From positions 1 to 64,000 of the IMG/VR virus record IMGVR_UViG_3300044825_000698: 64,000 nt of DNA; one strand, 5' to 3'. Shown one piece after another: positions 57,039-64,000 of this stretch (position 1 is the first letter of the stretch; every line of letters starts with the position of its first letter). The notes beneath the pieces are model-generated. The model was not told the DNA's origin and searched no databases. It saw nothing but the letters and a program-made list of their open reading frames with translations. A program made the translations under genes and the position numbers. Source of the DNA: a virus.

Positions 57039-57940
57039 CTAATAATCACTCGACCTGAACCTCCCACACCTGCACCGCCAATCGCCCTTGCACCACCACC
57101 ACCACCACCAGTATTAGCAGTGCCTGAACCACCACCTCCTGGACCTCCTCCTCCAGGTCCTCCTGATCCTACGGGGATACCGGTATTAGACGGTGCTCCA
57201 CCACCTCCACCACCGGCAAGAGTAAGTGGTGAACCTGTTATTGTGGTGGTTGCCCCCGAACCACCAGGCCCACCTGTGCCCTCCGGCCAAAGACCACTAG
57301 GTACAGTAGGTGTTCCAGCGCTACCGGCACCACCTCCACCAGCGGCGGATAGAGAGTTACTAAAACTAACAGGTATTCCGTTACCACCAGGATTTCCTTG
57401 AGGTGGACTTACTGGTGGGACGTTACCCGAACCTCCACCATACCCTATTGGTGGGGAAGCACTAAGGGCGAGAACATAACCTCCACCACCAGAGCCGCCA
57501 CTTCCTGAGTTGCCTGCTCCACCTGCGGCGGAAGTTATACGTGATGCATACGAGGGGGGACTAAATTCGGAGAAAGACCCACCTCCACCAACTACTACTA
57601 AGTAGTTACCCTCTGATGCTGACGGTATAGTTCCCGACCTATAACCACCTGCGCCTCCACCTCCACCTCCAGTAACTGCACTACCGCTAACAGGACCACC
57701 ACCAGTGCCACCACCACCAACTACTACGTATTCAATTGCTCTGCTACCTTTGCTTATTGTGAAGGTAGCAGAGGCGGTAAAGTCAACACCGGTATAACTA
57801 CCCGTTGTAAACGGTGTTCCCGCTGGCCCAGGACTCCATGAAACTGATAATCCGGGGGTGGCCCAGGTGTTATCTAAACGTGCTTCATACACGGAGTTTA
57901 CTGGCCAACGTCCGTAATAGGGGGGTCCACCTGAAGGCAT
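57026..57940 (-). CDS. glycine-rich domain virion protein
   Basis: EYVVVGGGG...GGSG.VIIR. Confidence 0.75.
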   Translation of the reverse strand: MPSGGPPYYGRWPVNSVYEARLDNTWATPGLSVSWSPGPAGTPFTTGSYTGVDFTASATFTISKGSRAIEYVVVGGGGTGGGPVSGSAVTGGGGGGAGGYRSGTIPSASEGNYLVVVGGGGSFSEFSPPSYASRITSAAGGAGNSGSGGSGGGGYVLALSASPPIGYGGGSGNVPPVSPPQGNPGGNGIPVSFSNSLSAAGGGGAGSAGTPTVPSGLWPEGTGGPGGSGATTTITGSPLTLAGGGGGGAPSNTGIPVGSGGPGGGGPGGGGSGTANTGGGGGGARAIGGAGVGGSGRVIIRWLT

Positions 57941-57983
57941 TACTGTTATCTCCTATTAGTCAACATGCTCTACAACAGTATAC

Positions 57984-58874
57984 TTAAGATTCTAGGAACC
58001 ATTCCATAGCATAAAATCCATCATGCACGGTTAGGCTGTTCTGTATCCAAGTACTTTGCTCAGTAACTTTAGCAGGACGGAATAGTTCTTCTAGTTGGTC
58101 TATGGGGATAAGCGTACTCATGTCACACTGGATCGTCAAATCTAATGACCTTTGTAGTTTGTTATTTTTTACACAATTAAACCATTGACTTCCTGGGAAG
58201 TCGGTGGTATTGCGGAACCCATAGTCCAACATCAGGACTGAACCTGTGAGGTTGCGAGTTAAGTTGTGTAGCAGGTCAGCGGCTTGTTGTATCCACGGGG
58301 CTGAACCATCCATGCCTTTGATTGCTTGGAGAGTTGCAGGTATCGGTTCGTTGAGGTCATGCCATTCGTAGATGGCTGTGTCGGCAACACGGATGAATAG
58401 TTCTTGCCAACGGTCATCTCGGAAGGACACAAAACGCATTGGTTGAACATCTAGCAACTCATTGGCAAACATCACACCAAAAGCGGGAGGTTGATCTAGT
58501 TGTTGCGTCACAGCCACCTCGTCAGGAAACGATTCCTTGTACAGAGGATTTGATTCAACGGCGGTGTACCGTAAGGCTGACCGACACGCCAGGTTTTGTG
58601 CCAATAGTTTGCGGCACAGCGTTCCGTTTCCTGCGGCTATCTCATAGACGGGATACGGGTTTGGTTTGCCGAGCCGTTCCCATTCGGCGTCCAACCATTG
58701 ACCGATGCGGTCAGACAACTTGTTGTCCAGACTGACAAATGTTTCAAAGTCTTTGCCGACTCCGTTGCCTGTCTCGTAATACCCACCAGGCCCGTAAATA
58801 CGCGCCCAATAAAACTGGTCAAATCGGTACAGTCCTGGTGTCAGGTTGGTAGTTCGTTGTCTACCAGAGTCCAT
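57984..58874 (-). CDS. SAM-dependent methyltransferase, MidA/NDUFAF7 family
   Basis: RFDQF...YGPGGYY, DF.T, EIAAGNGTL, AVE, FANELLD..P, LDYG, D.S. Confidence 0.8.
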   Translation of the reverse strand: MDSGRQRTTNLTPGLYRFDQFYWARIYGPGGYYETGNGVGKDFETFVSLDNKLSDRIGQWLDAEWERLGKPNPYPVYEIAAGNGTLCRKLLAQNLACRSALRYTAVESNPLYKESFPDEVAVTQQLDQPPAFGVMFANELLDVQPMRFVSFRDDRWQELFIRVADTAIYEWHDLNEPIPATLQAIKGMDGSAPWIQQAADLLHNLTRNLTGSVLMLDYGFRNTTDFPGSQWFNCVKNNKLQRSLDLTIQCDMSTLIPIDQLEELFRPAKVTEQSTWIQNSLTVHDGFYAMEWFLES

Positions 58875-59221
58875 GAAAGATCAGATTCATTCCATACATA
58901 AGTACCGCCATCAGTAGGACGTGGTACTGGGGGTTGCCAGTCATAGTTAGAATCAAGAGTCCAGGACGCATACGGTGGAGTTAGATTATAGAAAACGTCT
59001 ATTATTGGATCATAGTTATCACCAATATTAGCGTACTTTTTACGAAAGTTATTATTGTACGAAGTTTGAACCCACTTAGTGTCAGTACCAAATATGTTTT
59101 TACACACCTGTATACCTAGTGACTCCTGTTCTACACCGTCCTTATCCAACAAATCATCATTAGCAATGACAACAACACGTAAAACTATATTGTTGTTATC
59201 TAACTCAGCGAAGTGAGCCAT
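58841..59221 (-). CDS. conserved phage protein (MAHFAELD family)
   Basis: MAHFAEL...WVQTSYN..FRK.YA.IG..YD...PY.SW.L. Confidence 0.75.
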   Translation of the reverse strand: MAHFAELDNNNIVLRVVVIANDDLLDKDGVEQESLGIQVCKNIFGTDTKWVQTSYNNNFRKKYANIGDNYDPIIDVFYNLTPPYASWTLDSNYDWQPPVPRPTDGGTYVWNESDLSWTLVDNELPT

Positions 59222-59230
59222 CAGTGTCTC

Positions 59231-60085
59231 CTATACGTTAGTTAACCAGCGTAACATCACAATGCCAGAGCCACCTGAAGTTGCACCGCCACCGCCACCA
59301 CCACCGCTAGACGGTGTTCCAGAAGTTCCAGCAGGTCCTCCACTAAAACTTCCCCCTACACCACCATTAGAACCACCGCCGCCTCCGGCCAAACCGCGAG
59401 TACCATCCCACATTGCTACATACCCAGAACCCCCTGGTCCCCCTCCACCTGGACCACTCGGTGTTGCCCCAATTGCGTTTCCTCCGATAGAGGAATAACC
59501 ACCACCACCACCACCACCACCGACAAAGGTTCGAGGTCCACCTACACGGAAAGGTGCAGGTATAAATATCGATGGTGCTCCAGTTCCTCCTGGATTACCT
59601 GCTCCAATCGCAGTAGCGCCAAGTCCAACAGTGCCGCCCCCTATGGAACCGCCTCCACCTGATGCACCAGGAGTTCCTCCTGATCCTCCTCCAACCGCTT
59701 CTAACGATCCAAAGGATGATGGTGATCCTTGTGTAGCGGGACCTGGTCCTGCCCCTCCCCCTACGGTAATAGATCGTGAAGAGGGAGCGCTTACCAGAGT
59801 TGACCCTATTACTAGACCACCGCCTCCTCCTCCTCCTCCGTCTGCAACACTTCCACCACCACCACCAACTACTATGTACTCTACATTTCGTATACCTGAT
59901 GTAAACGATACAGTTGATGCGCTACTAAAAGTTACACCAGTGTAATTACCAGCGACAAATGGTGTCCCTGATGGTGTTGGAGTCCAACTAACTGCAAATG
60001 GGGATGACGGTAACGACCAGTCACCTTGAGCAATTCGACGGTATACGTCGCTAGGGTCCCAAAGTCCAGATGTTGTTTCAGGCAT
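59231..60085 (-). CDS. glycine-rich domain virion protein
   Basis: EYIVVGGGG...GGSGIVMLR; paralog of 57026..57940. Confidence 0.75.
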   Translation of the reverse strand: MPETTSGLWDPSDVYRRIAQGDWSLPSSPFAVSWTPTPSGTPFVAGNYTGVTFSSASTVSFTSGIRNVEYIVVGGGGGSVADGGGGGGGGLVIGSTLVSAPSSRSITVGGGAGPGPATQGSPSSFGSLEAVGGGSGGTPGASGGGGSIGGGTVGLGATAIGAGNPGGTGAPSIFIPAPFRVGGPRTFVGGGGGGGGYSSIGGNAIGATPSGPGGGGPGGSGYVAMWDGTRGLAGGGGGSNGGVGGSFSGGPAGTSGTPSSGGGGGGGATSGGSGIVMLRWLTNV

Positions 60086-60092
60086 AACTCAC

Positions 60093-60464
60093 TCAGGAAA
60101 TATCCTCGTAAGCAACGGTTACATGAATATGACCACTGCTGTTGCTGGATTTTGCCATTAGGGTGTCGCCCTCTTCAAGATATACAGGAGTTGAGTCTTT
60201 CATGAAGGCTTCATATGCGGCCAACGCTGGAATTGTGATGTTACGAGCCAGATAATAATCTACACCGCCACGGGTTATGTAGAGATCAAATCCCACGTTT
60301 ACACTAGCCCCCTCAGTATTAGCGGCCAAAACACCAGCCAATTTAAATACTTTATTAGATGCGGCGGAGTTTGCAAGTACCTGGGTAGCAGTAGCGTTGG
60401 TAAGTCGCACAAGAGCGGTCCTACCAATGATGGTTGCTACGTTTACGATATTGGGTGCGGCCAT
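60093..60464 (-). CDS. conserved phage fibre-associated protein (MAAPNIVNV family)
   Basis: MAAPNIVNV...YLEEGD...YEDIS. Confidence 0.7.
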   Translation of the reverse strand: MAAPNIVNVATIIGRTALVRLTNATATQVLANSAASNKVFKLAGVLAANTEGASVNVGFDLYITRGGVDYYLARNITIPALAAYEAFMKDSTPVYLEEGDTLMAKSSNSSGHIHVTVAYEDIS

Positions 60465-60473
60465 AATTATTCC

Positions 60474-60923
60474 TTATCCAAATATGAGAGATATAGCGAT
60501 TGACTGACTAGATGTTCCAGGTGGAGTCGACAATGCGGTCCATTCTAGTCCAGTTGCTGTGGCACTGTTGGCAGTTAAAACATAGCCATCTGTACCTACG
60601 GGCAGTTTACTGACGGTATCGGTGGCGGTACCCACCAGGATATCCCCCTTAGCGTCAACAACTTGTGGTGAAATGTAAATCGAAGTATCGACATTTAATG
60701 TAACCGATCCTAGGGTTCCACCGCCGGTAAGTCCAGTACCTGCAACAACCTCGGTGATGGTACCACTTGCTAGATATGGTAAGTCATCCCATACATCGGT
60801 ACCATTTCCTATTTTAAACAGACCAGTGTCTGTTTCAAAACCAAATTCACCAGATGACAGTGCAGGGTTTGCTGAAGTCCATTGAGACTCAGTTCCCCGT
60901 CTAAATTGAATTCGTACTGCCAT
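60474..60923 (-). CDS. short fibre protein with Mtd/hyaluronidase-like N-terminal domain
   Basis: IQFRRGT..QW...NP.L..GE.GFETDTG.FKIG.G...W..L.Y. Confidence 0.75.
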   Translation of the reverse strand: MAVRIQFRRGTESQWTSANPALSSGEFGFETDTGLFKIGNGTDVWDDLPYLASGTITEVVAGTGLTGGGTLGSVTLNVDTSIYISPQVVDAKGDILVGTATDTVSKLPVGTDGYVLTANSATATGLEWTALSTPPGTSSQSIAISLIFG

Positions 60924-60980
60924 ATGCCGAGTTCCTTAGGTTATCGGAGAGTGCTATTCATTTTAGCATTGACCAGCGTG

Positions 60981-63518
<2,538 letters not shown>

Positions 63519-63556
63519 TCAACTCTAGTAGATGTTATGCCCCTCAGGGCCTTATG

Positions 63557-64000
63557 TTAGCCCGTGATAACGACTCGGTATGAGTTGGTTGCCGGTGCGG
63601 ATGAGAATGAAACAGTCACGGTGTTAGTCGTCGAACGAGCAACATCAGTGAAAACAGTGTCGTAAGTTGCTACGTCGTACACCTGAACAAGTACGTCACG
63701 AGTACCGAGGTTGTGGGTAATCGTGAAGGACGTAGCCGAGTTGTCACCGATGGTCTTGGCCGCAACTCGGGCCAGAACCGGGGTGCTGGTATCAAACCCA
63801 GCGGTGGTATCGGCCAAGTTGGTACGGGCGCTGGCGGCGGTCGAAGCGCCAGTACCACCGTCGGCAACCGCAACGTCAGTACCATTCCACACACCTGTGG
63901 TGATGGTTCCTAGTGTGGTGATCGATGCCTGACCAACATAGGTGCTGGCAATGTCGATGCTGTCAGCGTTGGAAACAATACGGTCGGCGGTTCCGACGAC
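63557..64000 (-). CDS. tail fibre/structural protein, 5' part outside window
   Basis: open frame to window edge; ADGGTGAS..A.ARTNL, ITHNLGT.DV.VQVY. Confidence 0.75.
   Translation of the reverse strand, partial: VVGTADRIVSNADSIDIASTYVGQASITTLGTITTGVWNGTDVAVADGGTGASTAASARTNLADTTAGFDTSTPVLARVAAKTIGDNSATSFTITHNLGTRDVLVQVYDVATYDTVFTDVARSTTNTVTVSFSSAPATNSYRVVITG

Noticed and set aside
55266-60923. Diversity-generating retroelement (Mtd-like N-terminus, paralogous tips)
   Set aside because: No reverse transcriptase and no adenine-specific TR/VR repeat pair seen in this window

Overview
A 64-kb piece of a large tailed dsDNA phage genome with a contractile (myovirus-type) tail, most likely infecting an actinobacterium (inference from gene content and TANNNT/leaderless-style promoters; host not provable here). 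Nearly all genes lie on the minus strand. Read in transcription order (right to left): tail fibre/appendage genes including a collagen-like GPT-repeat protein, interleaved with modifying enzymes (MidA/NDUFAF7-like methyltransferase, two 2OG-Fe(II) oxygenases, GT2-TPR glycosyltransferase); terminase large subunit; metallophosphoesterase; portal, scaffold, N4-gp56-type major capsid; neck, sheath, tube, tail chaperone with a probable +1 frameshift extension, tape measure with two cell-wall hydrolase domains, baseplate; a small plus-strand island (Dps plus four Lys-rich mini-proteins) preceded by a perfect 15-bp inverted repeat whose loop is TATAAT; a replication/recombination operon (HTH initiator containing an iteron origin, DnaC-like loader, DnaB, primase, SNF2 helicase, SSB, family A polymerase, RecA, Cas4-like nuclease, two resolvase-like nucleases); SpoVS; and a degenerate TGT/DpdA-like protein. 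Two arrays of mini-genes share exact DNA-level anchor repeats and look like a shuffling cassette system. No tRNA, CRISPR array, integrase or reverse transcriptase was seen. All protein calls come from motif recognition by eye, without database searches.
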